A stretch of 63,210 nucleotides of DNA, counting the filler, from Platydemus manokwari (Eukaryota): NCBI GenBank assembly GCA_037951405.1. It is 6 parts of 6 records of this genome, joined end to end, with 100 filler letters (N's around TTAATTAATTAA, not from the genome) between each part and the next. Parts side by side here need not be neighbours in the genome. Positions count along the whole stretch, not along the records: positions 1 to 8,841 come from JBBMOY011340982.1; positions 8,942 to 21,229 come from JBBMOY010208894.1; 4 more parts are not named here. One strand, 5' to 3'. The notes beneath the pieces were generated by a model that saw only the letters and a program-made list of their open reading frames with translations, ran no database searches and had not been told where the DNA came from. The translations under genes and the position numbers were made by a program. Positions 1 to 11,776 of this stretch are shown one piece after another (the stretch's first letter is position 1; the number at the start of each line of letters is the position of its first letter).

Positions 1-1269
1 ATAGTAAATCTCAGGTTCATATTAATATCACCATGGTTTCAATATGATATTATAATATTCGCTTTTGTCTAATTCTATAATTATTTTTCTGAATATTATT
101 TTTCTGTAAATTTAATTTAATCAATAATTACCCTAATTAATTCGAATTAATGAAATGTTTATTAAAACAAAACACATAACATGAAAATTCGAATATCTCA
201 TGAAATAAATAGCAAATACGAATAGCAAATCAAACTTTTTCTTCTCGTTTATTCGATCCAATAAATCAAGATAATTATTGATATCGTGTAGCTTTTATCA
301 TTTTCCACCGATTGTTTACACGGTCAGGCTTTCACTAAGTGGAAATTGGAGAAACAAACATCGACCATATAAAAATACCATTTTACGATTGCTGAAAATC
401 ACATAAAACGATTTTTATGTTTGTTTTAAATCATTAAATGAAAACAAAAACCTCTATCGTTAATTATATCGATTATATTTTATAATGAAATACAAGCGAA
501 AATCTAAATTATATTTCCATACACTTCAAATAATGACCTCGGCTTGTTGAGTGGGTATTTGATGAACAAGCTCATTTTCTATCGTAAAAATTCTGTTCCA
601 ATTTTCACTATTTAGTAATTTGTTTTAGGACTTGATATTTGAACCGTTTATTTTAACCTGTCCCTTTAAAAGGATTCATGTTGTTTATGCACGACTTGTT
701 AGAACAATGATTCTTATTTTTATTTCTATATGGGTACATAATTTTCCAACATAAATTGTAACAATAAAAAAATTTTCAAAATCATTATTTTTGTTGGATA
801 TAAATAACATTCGTCTCTTTACACTTCTTGAAATTCCCACTTGTCCAAAGAAATAACAAATTTCCTTTGAAATAAAAATAAACTTTAGAAAAAGAAGTTC
901 TATGAGTAATCAATCAGGTTATCATTATCAACAATGATTACGTTAGCTATCTTGTTATTATGTTTCCGGTTGCAAAGATTTATCACACAACAAAGATATT
1001 TCTCGTTCTTAAATAGTAAATTACAATTCAGTCAAGTCAAATTCGAATAGCATGGATCTCATTGGTTTGCTGTGATCACACTCTTAAATCTTCAATAGCA
1101 GTCATCACGTCATTCACCGAAAATTTGTGTTGAAATCTAAAAGAATATGATACTATAACAAACAATAACAAAACCTATTTCTTGGCGAATTTTCTCTTAT
1201 CTATAAATTAAACATGAAAGTATGATTAATTCTATTGCCTATAAATGAGTTTAACTTCGCAACCACGAC

Positions 1270-1455
1270 AGGTGCACTCTATCATGATCTCATATAAAAC
1301 AATATAAAAAGGGGGAGAAGACTATACTGTCTCTCAAACATGACCTTAATAAAAAAATAAAACAATAAAAAGGCAGAGAAAAATATACTGTCTCTTAAAT
1401 ACACCTTATACATAATAATAAGACAACAATAATATAAATACCTATACTGATATAT
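1270..1455. repeat. Imperfect ~60-bp tandem repeats (3-4 units) at the 3' end of the retrotransposon
   Basis: AAAACAATATAAAAAGGGGGAGAAGACTATACTGTCTCTCAAACATGACCTTA (~1296-1348) matches AAAACAATAAAAAGGCAGAGAAAAATATACTGTCTCTTAAATACACCTTA (~1359-1408), with partial copies on either side. Confidence 0.7.
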
Positions 1456-4400
1456 TTTTTACATATGTATAAGCCGCAGTTGTGTTATTGCTTGTTAAAC
1501 ATATCGTCAGGGTTGTTTATAGAGGGTCTATATAAGTTATGTGATTCTTTAATAGAAGAAAACAAGAAGGTAAATCATTTGAACTCTTACAATATAATCC
1601 GATTCGTCTTAAGACTTCATCATTCTGTGAATCTTATGATCCTAAAGAACCTATGTAAAATACATGAACACTCACTGAAGTAATGGGTTGTCTAGCTATT
1701 TGAACTGCCAGGTCTTCATTCTTTCATTAGTTTCTCTCCAAGTTATTCCTAAAGTTTTCTTCTCTATCAAATGGAACCCTAAAATCTACAAGGAAGGTAT
1801 CTTTTTCATATTTCACTACCCGAAGTTTGGATTATTAAGTCAGGACGTAAAGAAGTCTTAACCCGAGTTACCGAGCAGTCGATATCGATATTATATTTTA
1901 AAGCAATAAGCATTTTATCAAAAATAGCAAGCACTGCATTGTGTTTAGAAGTCGCCTCATAAAGGTTACCAATGCAATAGTTGAGTACCATATCGCGGCA
2001 ATTCAATTCTTTACCTTGCATTACACGGAAAGGCCTTTAAGTCGGCAGTAAAAGGTTCTTTCTATCCAAGACCAGGAAGTGCGAAATCTGAGTGAAAACA
2101 CAATCGAATCCTAAGATAGTGCAACAGTCTTAAATATTAATTCTTGGCACTTTTTCTCAGTCCAAGAAGTAAAACTCAAGAAAACAAACTCATCATGAAA
2201 AATAGAGAACAATTTACTCGTCTTTCTGTTGTTTATCATATACTGTGAATCCATACAGATAACTTTAACAAAGATATCTCCTTCAAGTAAGACGAACTTA
2301 CAATCCATGCCTCTCTTCCACAGAACTCCAACCCACAACCAAACCTTCGACCACTAAGAAACCGGTCCAGGATGATCATCATTAATCGTGTTGTTCAGCC
2401 AGTCAAGAGCCCAATAGAATTCGTAAAATTCAAAGCGAATGATACGCTTGTTCGCTACTGCAATCAATCTCCTTTGTATAAAAGAAGCAATGACAGAATC
2501 AGAGCTGTTCAACAACGGAAAAACTCCTACTATATTTTGAATATAATAGTCAATCTCCGCTGGCATAAGACCAAGACCACCCAACCTCCTACAGGTATAT
2601 AGAAATTCATTAATAGCTGACGGAAAAAAGCTAACTTCTATCACTTTCTTAATAAACTGTCTGATCTTTTCATCAAATCCGAGTTCCCTGGATTTACAAC
2701 TCATTTGCCTTTTGTGCAAAGAGAAGAGATAGAATACTGACTTCTCTGTTTCGAAGGTGAAACAGTAGTCTACAGTGCAGAAACACTCTAAAGGCATTCA
2801 GCTTTTGGCTCGGATGTAAGTCCGTGTTATAAATTACATCGAAGTAAGATATGACATTGTTAGTACCTAACACTTCTTCATGTTTCATGTTTAATTCAGA
2901 AGACATAATTTTTCCACAACAATCTTTTCAAATAAATTTTCGTTTATTTTCAACATTATGTAAAAATTAAAATTAAAATACATATATTTTAATTTTAATT
3001 TTGAAAATGATTTTTTAACATATTTTTTGAGAAGTTACAATAATGGTTTGAGAAAGCTAAATACAAATATTAAATATTTATAATATAATCAATTAAAAAA
3101 ATTATAATATTCACAAACATTATTTAAAATGTCATCAATATCTTTCTTAGGAGAACCACATAAAACTCCCAGATACTTATATTGGTTCTTTTCATCCACT
3201 ACTGAAACATCAATATCGTATATTCTGAGAACTGTTATTTATACTGGATTATTACAAAAATACCAAAATTTACTTGGATCAAAGGTAAGATAAACTTTAC
3301 TAACCAAATCCACGCTTCTACTTAGCCTATCACCAATCTCTGCTGAATCGCCATAAACAATCACCAAGTCATCAGATAGGCTAATATGGAGAATTCCATA
3401 CCAGACAAATGTGAGGATTTAGTAAATTATCGCAAGAATAAATAAGTAAGTCAATGGAAAGACAAAAAATGTCACTAGGGAGGGACAACCTTGTTTGATA
3501 CCTTTAACCAGATTAGTAAAAGGGGTAACTATATTCTCATTGTAATAATTCTTTAATAAATTGATTGTGCTGTATGCACAACCCATTTTTTCTAAAGTAA
3601 ACTCCATTAACTTATCAGGCAAGATAAGAAAAACTTCCTTAAGGTCTAGCAAAAAATATGGCAGTTTGCTGTAGTCAATTTACAAAATTCGAAAATAGAT
3701 TGGAAGTAGCATTGTGCTCAGCGCAACCAACTTCAGATAAGAGTGCTTTTCGATTCCAGCGGAGCATAGGAACGTTAATAATTTTACAGAACAACCTATA
3801 AGACTTGTTCATCAGCGAAATTGATCTCCAAGATGTCTCAAGATGTGTTTGACCATCTTTCAGTGGTTTAAAATAAGAAAAATCTTAAACTGCTTCTACT
3901 GATTCGGCAGAGGTCCAGAACTTAACACCATATTGAAAACCTTGCGTAGAAATACAAATTTTGGATCAACCTCGCCCAAATTCTTATACATCAAGCCATC
4001 ATTACCAGGAGCAGAGTTATTCGAGAATTTAAAGGCTGAAGTAATCTTTTCAGAATGTGGAACCTCAATATTCAAATTAGAAAGTGGTTGTGGAAATTGG
4101 TAAGTGAAATGTGAGATGATATTTTCAACAGATGGTAAAGAAATATTTTGATCATTTTTCGGAATCACATTATATTCTTTTCTCAACTCAAAGATAGATT
4201 TGGAAGATTCTATCTTTCCATCAGACATGTATCTAATCTTTAATTGAAATCTATTTGGATAATCATGTGATACAGCTTTTTTTTTACCGTACTCGAGAAC
4301 CTTAGTTAAATTGATATCAAAATCATCCATTAACATCATCGCTTCAGAGAGGACAGATTGAAGACTCGATGATGAAATACCAGTTTTTAGAGTCCTCGCT

Positions 4401-6195
4401 TTCTATGCAACAAGTATCTCAGACAAGATTTTATCTTAAATCCAAAATTCGAAGTTGGAGATGAGAAAATTCTTTGTTTGATATAGTCAATTATTTACCT
4501 GATAACATAGAGAACATAATACGAAACGAAAAGAAATAAATATGATTTTGAGCAGGCCATTGCAACAACAGGAAAAGGTAAAATGAAGACAATACCTTTC
4601 CTACAAGACAATCGAAGACTGACGTAACCTTCGATTGGCAGACCATTTAGTCATTCCATCTTCTTCCTCTAACTGTAATGACATTAAAATTTCATCATTC
4701 AGAACTAAAAATTCACCAAATTTTAATTGAGTAGTCGCATTATGTGAATTAGAATACAACTTGAATTTTACAATATTCCAAACAAAACTACACTGAAAAA
4801 TTATTTCGAAGCCATTAATATTTAATAGATTATGAATCGAAGAAAGGTCTTTGCTAACCCCTTTATTATCGCTATTACAGGGTATAACAAATGATCTTTT
4901 TGTTAGTACAAGCAGTAAATATATTCATTGGCAGAATCTCAGATATAGTGGAAATGCCAGTTATCTCTATATCAGAGACTGGAATAGAGTTACCAGTTCC
5001 ACGAAAGGCTTTATAAACATTCACATCTAATTTTAGGTTCCGGGAATCTATAATTGAGGGTGATGAAATGAAAGAGTCATTATCATCATTATCCAGAACT
5101 ATTTGTACTCCTGCAGAAACGTTCATGACCATAGAGTCATAATAGTAATTTTCAGTATTTTCAATATCGATCAAGTTCGAGAACAGAATGCAACTTTTTC
5201 AATGGTGTGTTATGCACTCATCAACCAAAATATTAAGTTGGCAATCAAAAAGCTTATCACCAAATTGATCAGTTGAGCGATGTTTTATACTTTTATCACC
5301 AGGATAAGGTACAATAGTTGAGCATTCATTATTACATGCAAGAGCAACCAAACTATCAATCATTGAGTCTACCGAAACCTTCCACAACCTTATTCATTGA
5401 ATATGCATCCTGAAAACTATACGAGATCAACATCTCCAAGCCAGAGTTGCAGCAATCCTTGCAACTTCACAGTAAATATATTAGTATAAAGCTCAATTTG
5501 TATAGATTGGAATCGTCACGAGTTTCGATCTTCCTAACACAGTTTCTCCGAAAACAAATCCTACCAACGAGAGGTGCCTTAATACTAAATCCGTTTTAAA
5601 CTTAACAAGTTTCTTTGGGTTGAAACCAATGTCATACATCTATCTACAACATTTATCCAACCAGTCAAAAGATGAAATGCAAGTACATACTATTGCTTTC
5701 AACAAATTACATGCCTGTCTTTCCTCAAAAGACAACTCGAAGAGCAGGAATTCCGAACAACAATCTAAACTAATTTCACTAATGTGGAGAATTTCCGAAA
5801 TGGATTGCCTATATTTCAATCTTTTTCAGTATTTTATCAGACAATCGAAGCGTCCACAATTTAGGTAATTTTTTTCTTTTTAACCAAAACTACGCATTTC
5901 ACTTAGAAAGAGATTGTTTTGGTGAAACCTAAAGTAATATTTCTCTTCATTCACTCCACAATAACCACAGTTGCATTTTTTTGTCAATGAAATCAAGAAA
6001 TTCACGAAGACTAACAGAACTACCATTTTTATTATTATTAATTAGATTTTGATCAGAATTAATCGGGTGCAGAACCAGCGACTTTTGCAATTGTTTTCGG
6101 GATTTCTTTCCCTACTCCATGAGAACTTAGATAAGTCTCATGAGTCTTTTTCTTAGACTCCGAATCTGGTAGCATACGATCTATAAGGTGACTAC
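1270..6195 (-). mobile_element. Degenerate non-LTR retrotransposon with RT and restriction-like endonuclease (RLE), NeSL/R5/Utopia-like; ends approximate
   Basis: Minus-strand motifs occur in canonical order, broken by stops and frameshifts. RT: SAPGNDG (~4000), WRSISL (~3820), GCAEH (~3715), LDLKEVF (~3640), GIKQGCP (~3490), ILAY(x)DDLV (~3365-3390, 1-bp deletion), YKYLG (~3170), LHPSQKLNAF (~2800), FLYTCRRLGGLGL (~2590). Then a zinc-knuckle remnant VLNYC..KHNAV (~1940-1990) and RLE LRPDLII..LVDFRVPFD (~1770-1850). A Ulp1-like E*LNGLPIEGYV lies at ~4620-4655. Confidence 0.88.
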
Positions 6196-6559
6196 ATATG
6201 ATGTTATTTCATGAAAATGTAATATATTTAATTTTAGATTTTAAAGCTTTTACATCACCCCATTATTACTATTTTCGGTTTTAAATTGAAGAACTAACTC
6301 ATAAAATTACTGAATTTAGGAAATTTGCTAGAAGACATTTTCAAAATGAAGAATTCAATTTAATGCTTCTTAAATTTCATGATTTATTACTTTTACCGAA
6401 TTTTCCGATGAGTGCTGGCATCTCACAAGGAATGAGAAATATGGCGCAACAATTGAAATCGAAGAAAACGGAAGAAAAACTCTTAAAAATAGAAAAATAT
6501 ATAATTTCAATCAAATTCGAACCAGGATATTGAGGATAATAATATTTAAACCAACCCAC

Positions 6560-7660
6560 TTGAAAATTGGATCATATCATTGCAAGAATTGAATGCAAAC
6601 CTGTAAACTATATGGGAAAATTGTCATATCTCTATAGGTGAGGTGAGTTTAAAATTCTAAATTATTTACCAATTAATCAAATGTATTTTATTGTTGTTGA
6701 CTTGTTTTACCAATGAATTTTTATTATTTATGTTTTAAATATTATTTGTTATTATAATACCAAGTAATAAATAACAGCCACAACCTTATCTGTGGAATCC
6801 AGATAAGTTAAATATTATAGTACAACATTCTTATATCTCCTTCATATCCTTCTGATATAAGCATTGATCAATAGTTGATAAATAATTGATCAACTTAACC
6901 TATATATTAACAACCTATATAATCTTTAGAGTAATAAATCTTTCACAAAAACAGCCTTACCTTCATTTTCACTACTATATAAATAAATATTGTTTTCTTC
7001 ACAAAAGCTTGTAATAGATTTAATTCCAATACCGGATTCCTTATCAAACCCAAAATATTTAGGAACTCTCAGGTATTTTCAAAATAATATTCAAAAATTT
7101 CAAGTAATCTTGTTTTTTATACTTTCAAAAGAATACATCATCTACATCTTGTAAATAAGTCAATGTTTTTTCCGTCAGTTGATTGTTCAAGCATAACAAC
7201 TAAATCTGCACTGAGTGTTATTTCTAAATATTTTAACTTTTAAAAATTACTTTTGCATTTTAAGTTCATTATGCGATTCTTTGGTTCTATATTAGTAATT
7301 TCTTCTTCATCGTTTATGTTTCAAAAATTTTCTTATTTGATGAATTTTAAAATTTTCTACCAAGTTTACCACTTGATGATGACTTTGTCTGACTTAAACC
7401 TTGATCGATCACAATCTTTTTTTCATAATAATTATATATTTATATTATTCTTTTCTTTCTTTGACTGTTATAATTTCCTATTCTAACATTTTATCTTTTT
7501 GTGTTGCTGTTTTTAGCTTTTTAATTACTATTTTATTTCTTTTATATTTTAATATTTTATTGATGCTATTTTTATCTTTCTTTCTATTTTTGGAAAATCC
7601 ATTATATTTATTTGTATTTCTGTTCAGAATAGGCTTTTGATATCTAACAAAATCTACATT
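6560..7660 (-). mobile_element. Heavily decayed Penelope-like retroelement (RT + GIY-YIG)
   Basis: Minus-strand remnants in Penelope order: KSDK (~7385), SADLVVMLEQ (~7200), FTR(Y)VDDVFF (~7130-7155, 2-bp deletion), ENEGKAVF..D (~6960), LIYRL (~6900), and IVYRFAFNSCN resembling the start of a GIY-YIG domain (~6580-6612). Confidence 0.6.
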
Positions 7661-8652
7661 TAGAAATTATAGAATTAAATAACTAATAAATAGCCTATAT
7701 AAAATAAGTAACATTACTAAATGCAAGTAATAAAAATAATTCATAATCTGAAGCAAAAGAAGGATTTTGCAATTTTCAAGTTATGCAGATTATAAATAGT
7801 GTTTCTTGTTCTTTACTAAATAATGTGCGCGCTTTGTTGAATCATAGATGTGCAATAAAATGTATCATACTATGTTGCAATTTTATCAAGATTAGGTTCT
7901 GTGTTAATGTAACAAATTATTATCGAAATTGCTCCATCTTTATGTGCTCGTAATTAACCTTTATTATTGAAATATATTTCTTGATGAGAAGCTGGGTGCT
8001 GAAATGCATTCAAATAAAATATAGCTTGTTAATCTAACAGCCTAATAAAAAATCTAATTTTCATTTGATTATATCGAATCCATTTAATAAATTTATCTGG
8101 ACTCATCAAAAATGGTATATAAATTCACAGTTAGAAAAATTTTAAAATATAATTGACAATTTTTTCTCAAAATTAGCAAGATTGAACATTCCATGAATTT
8201 GCGGAAGTCATACCTTTAACGAAGCAATAAGATAATTTGAAATTACTTCAATTCACGTCACCGGTTGTAAATGTGTTATTAGTTTCGAAAAATTAAATAA
8301 CTTTTTAACATAAAGTAAATGATACCCAAGCAAATGAATATTTTGATTAAACAATACAAAGAGACATCATTACAAAAAAACCATTAATCAGTAAATAGTT
8401 AAAATGATATTTGAAACTATAAACAATTTTTTACCCGAATAGTAAAACTGTTCAATCTCTTTTCTGTACTCTGATAAAAATGCCACAATTCTGAGATGAC
8501 TACATATATATAATAGACTATTCACATATAAATTAGTATAATAAATAACACAATTTCCCATTATTAAGTATTTTCGAGATATCATAATATAATATAATCT
8601 CAAGTACACACATAATATTGAGAAAAAATTTTGAAGTCAAGTAGTTTAATAT

Positions 8653-8841
8653 TCATTTTTCCCGAGATAGGCGAGCTACTACTCGAGCCAAGGCGCGATT
8701 TTCTGCACGTAATTTATCTCCTTCATTTTTTAATAATTCAAATTCCTTAAAACATTTTAGATTTAAATAATTATGTACCGATAATGTACCAATTTTACCT
8801 GTAAATCAATTTCATTTCCATTGTTCATTTCCGGCAGGTTC
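8653..8841 (-). CDS. PPP1R12: 3' end of myosin phosphatase targeting subunit-like gene (MYPT/PPP1R12 family, C-terminal leucine zipper); 5' part lost at contig end
   Basis: Exon <8841-8799 (NLPEMNNGNEIDLQ), 53-bp GT..AG intron 8798-8746, terminal exon 8745-8653 EFELLKNEGDKLRAENRALARVVARLSREK*. This resembles the MYPT1 C-terminus [24 protein letters not shown]. Missed by the ORF track. Confidence 0.7.
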
Positions 8842-8941
8842 NNNNNNNNNNNNNNNNNNNNNNNNNNNNNNNNNNNNNNNNNNNNTTAATTAATTAANNN
8901 NNNNNNNNNNNNNNNNNNNNNNNNNNNNNNNNNNNNNNNNN
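8842..8941. other. Artificial contig linker N44-TTAATTAATTAA-N44
   Basis: Exactly 100 bp; the 12-mer gives stop codons in all six frames; identical at five places. Confidence 0.98.
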
Positions 8942-9609
8942 TTAAAACAAATAGCAATATTTCCTTCACTATAATCATTCACTATTATTATTTTTTTTTA
9001 ATTTATTACAAAATATCTATTTTTTATAGATATACTTGGGTGAAGAAAAGTTTTCCAATTTTGAAGGTCAGCGATTTGTGGGAAATCATGATCTTACAAA
9101 ATCTAAATAAACTAATCCACTAATTCAAATATATGTAATACCAAACAAGTTTACTTATAAATAATCTTAAATATTGTCAATTACAACAATCTAATAAAAC
9201 ACCAACGAAAAACAATAATAGAATTATAAATATTATAGCTACTGATTGCGGTTATTTCATGGAATGAAAATCTAGAAAAAATTAACGAAACTCAACCCAG
9301 ATAATATATTTTCTAATAATATTTAATCGATTTAATTGATAATTTTTATGAAAGTAAATTTCTTATTTAAATTTATTAAAAACTTATTATCATTAATCTA
9401 TGACCCCCACAATTTGCTATTAAAATGATTAAAAAAAACCAATAAAATACTTATAAAGTTAATTTCGACTACTGTTATAGTTTTTCTGATGATTCCTCTC
9501 ACAATAGAAATGTTTAAAAATGACTGATCCAGATTATTTAAAATTTTGTTTACCAGAATTTAATAAGCTTTAGCAAACTGAAAAATAAATAAAATAATCA
9601 ATATTTCAC

Positions 9610-11776
9610 CGAACAGATAATCCGTATTCAATGGATTGATATTTCGAAATGCTGAAGAGTTGGTTACCAAATGACTTTTAAAATTTTTCATTTTTCGTTC
9701 CCATTCCAAAAGTAAATTTCTTCCATCTTGTCGACTACCATTTAATAATTTTGGAATAAAACAGTCTAATCCACCTCCAAGAATGACATTAAATTTTTCT
9801 GCATTTTTTATCAATTGAAGGGCTATATCATCGATTGAGCAATGTTTTGGAACTCTATTGAAAATAAATCAACAAATTGATTGAAATTTTCAAATCTCAA
9901 TGAATAAATGAAATGATTATTATAATTTATTTCCTTGTTTCATTATAATTTATAAAACGCATATGTTAACATTATCTTGCAATAAGTCATATTTTGATTA
10001 TATCATATTTAAGTTCACAAAAATCGTGTTTAATTATGGTTGTACTTTTAATAGAATATTATCCAAATTTTCATTGATATTAAAGTGATATAACATTTCA
10101 CTCCAAGAATTTTAATTACGATTCGTGTGATCGAATGAAAAGTAAATACACTTTTAAAATATCGTAATAATAACATTTATTTTATCTTGACAATTTATTT
10201 AAATAAGTTGCTACTTGAACTCCCATTGTCTTGCAGGCGAATGAGCGTATAATGATGCTGGTGTAGCGTGAGTAATTCGAGTAGTTGAGACAATACCGAC
10301 TGATCGTTTCTTTTCATAAAACATCTTGCCAATACTTTTGAGATCATCACGAATTGGATTGTACGATGAACAATTTGAAAAATAAACATCGGGCCCCACA
10401 CCAACAGTTCTGGATCTTATTTTTACTCCTTATTAATAAATAATGTTATATACAATTATAGTTATAAATAAATAAATATTTAGAAATTAATTAACTCCAT
10501 CATTGAAATTTAAAGTACGGTTGATATTCCATGTGACCAGCAAGTATTAATTCATGAATTTATGTGCGCATACTAATTATCATTTTATTTACATCAAATT
10601 AATTTGACAGGAAGTCTAATTATTAACACGTTAAGTCAAGCTTTTACTTTAAATAAAAAATCTTGAAAAATCATATACATTAAATATTTGAATAAACTAT
10701 TCAGACACAATACATTTACACAGTTTTTACAGTTCATAATAACATTATCATTAACAGAACAATTTCTATATGAATAGTACATGAATTTTAATCCAGAATA
10801 TGAAATTTGAAATATCAAAATTTGAAAATTAATCTTATACATGACAACTCAGGGATAATATTGTCATTAATTTGAAAATTTTCTTCAATATTTATGTAAT
10901 TTAAATTTTCGATTGAATCATTAAAAAAATAAATAAACTAATTTGGCTTAAAAAATTATTAAATTAGATTATATATTTCAGAGGTGGCCAACTTTTGTGT
11001 ACGTAAGATCGACTTTTCATTTGAATAACATCTCACGCGATCGACCGGTTGGCCACCCTTGATATATTTCACTGATTTAAAAATTGGAATTAAAATTATC
11101 ACAGTTTTTCATGAAAAGTTTTTATATTCACATTTTTTTAGAATAATTCAGATGCATAACAGCATTTTGTATAAATTATTCCAAATTTTACAATGGTGAG
11201 AATTCTTCAAAATTCGAAACTTACTATAGAGAAGTTGTCAAAACATGTTTATTGAACATGATATAATTTAAAAGGTTGAAATTTGTTATTTAATGGATCA
11301 TGAATTGCAAAAAATTATAAATTGTGAAGTAATTTACTAACGTATATATATAATTTGAAAATCGCAAAAAATAAAATGCGAATTTCATTCCATAAAATAC
11401 TTAACTAACCGGTTAATATTGCTGTCGCAGTTGAAGACGAATCTGCCACATAATCATCAACCGAATGGGTCTTCACTAAGCCAGTATTTGCAAACGAATC
11501 GAATGAAAGATTTACATCTGGCAAAGAACTATTCACCATTCTTTGATTTTTATAAATTCTTGCAGCTGCTAAAGTTGATGGTCCCATACCATCTCCAATA
11601 AAAAGAATTATATTTTTGGCTTCTTTCTTATTTTGAAATTCAGATAATTTCTTTATTAATTCTTGATGTCCATCATTTTGCCAGTATTGAATAGTTTGTT
11701 CTTCTCGTGAGACCTTTTTCACTAAACACTGAGCCAATAAATTTAAATAGCAAAAACATATTAGTTTTATTAACAT
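9610..11776 (-). CDS. ALPL: Alkaline phosphatase (tissue-nonspecific-like), first three exons; remainder not found before the contig end
   Basis: Exon 11776-11410: signal peptide, AKNIILFIGDGMG, AARIYK, catalytic-Ser motif VADSSSTATA. Exon 10428-~10215: GIVSTTRITHATPASLYAHSPARQW. Exon 9854-9610: DIALQL..NVILGGG..RQDGRNLL..TDYLFG. GT/AG sites and intron phases are consistent. Confidence 0.93.
10979..11061. mobile_element. 83-bp hAT-type MITE in alkaline phosphatase intron 1
   Basis: TIRs CAGAGGTGGCCAAC...GTTGGCCACCCTTG; perfect 8-bp TSD ATATATTT (10971-10978 / 11062-11069); second family copy at 50719-50823. Confidence 0.88.

Noticed and set aside
7253-7640. Hydrophobic F/I/L-rich short ORFs here and elsewhere in the ORF track
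   Set aside because: Expected from T-rich sequence or from the antisense strand of TE ORFs; many lack ATG starts.
8886-8897. Recurrent palindrome TTAATTAATTAA every 9-12 kb
   Set aside because: Always centred in 44+44 Ns; an assembly linker, not a biological repeat.
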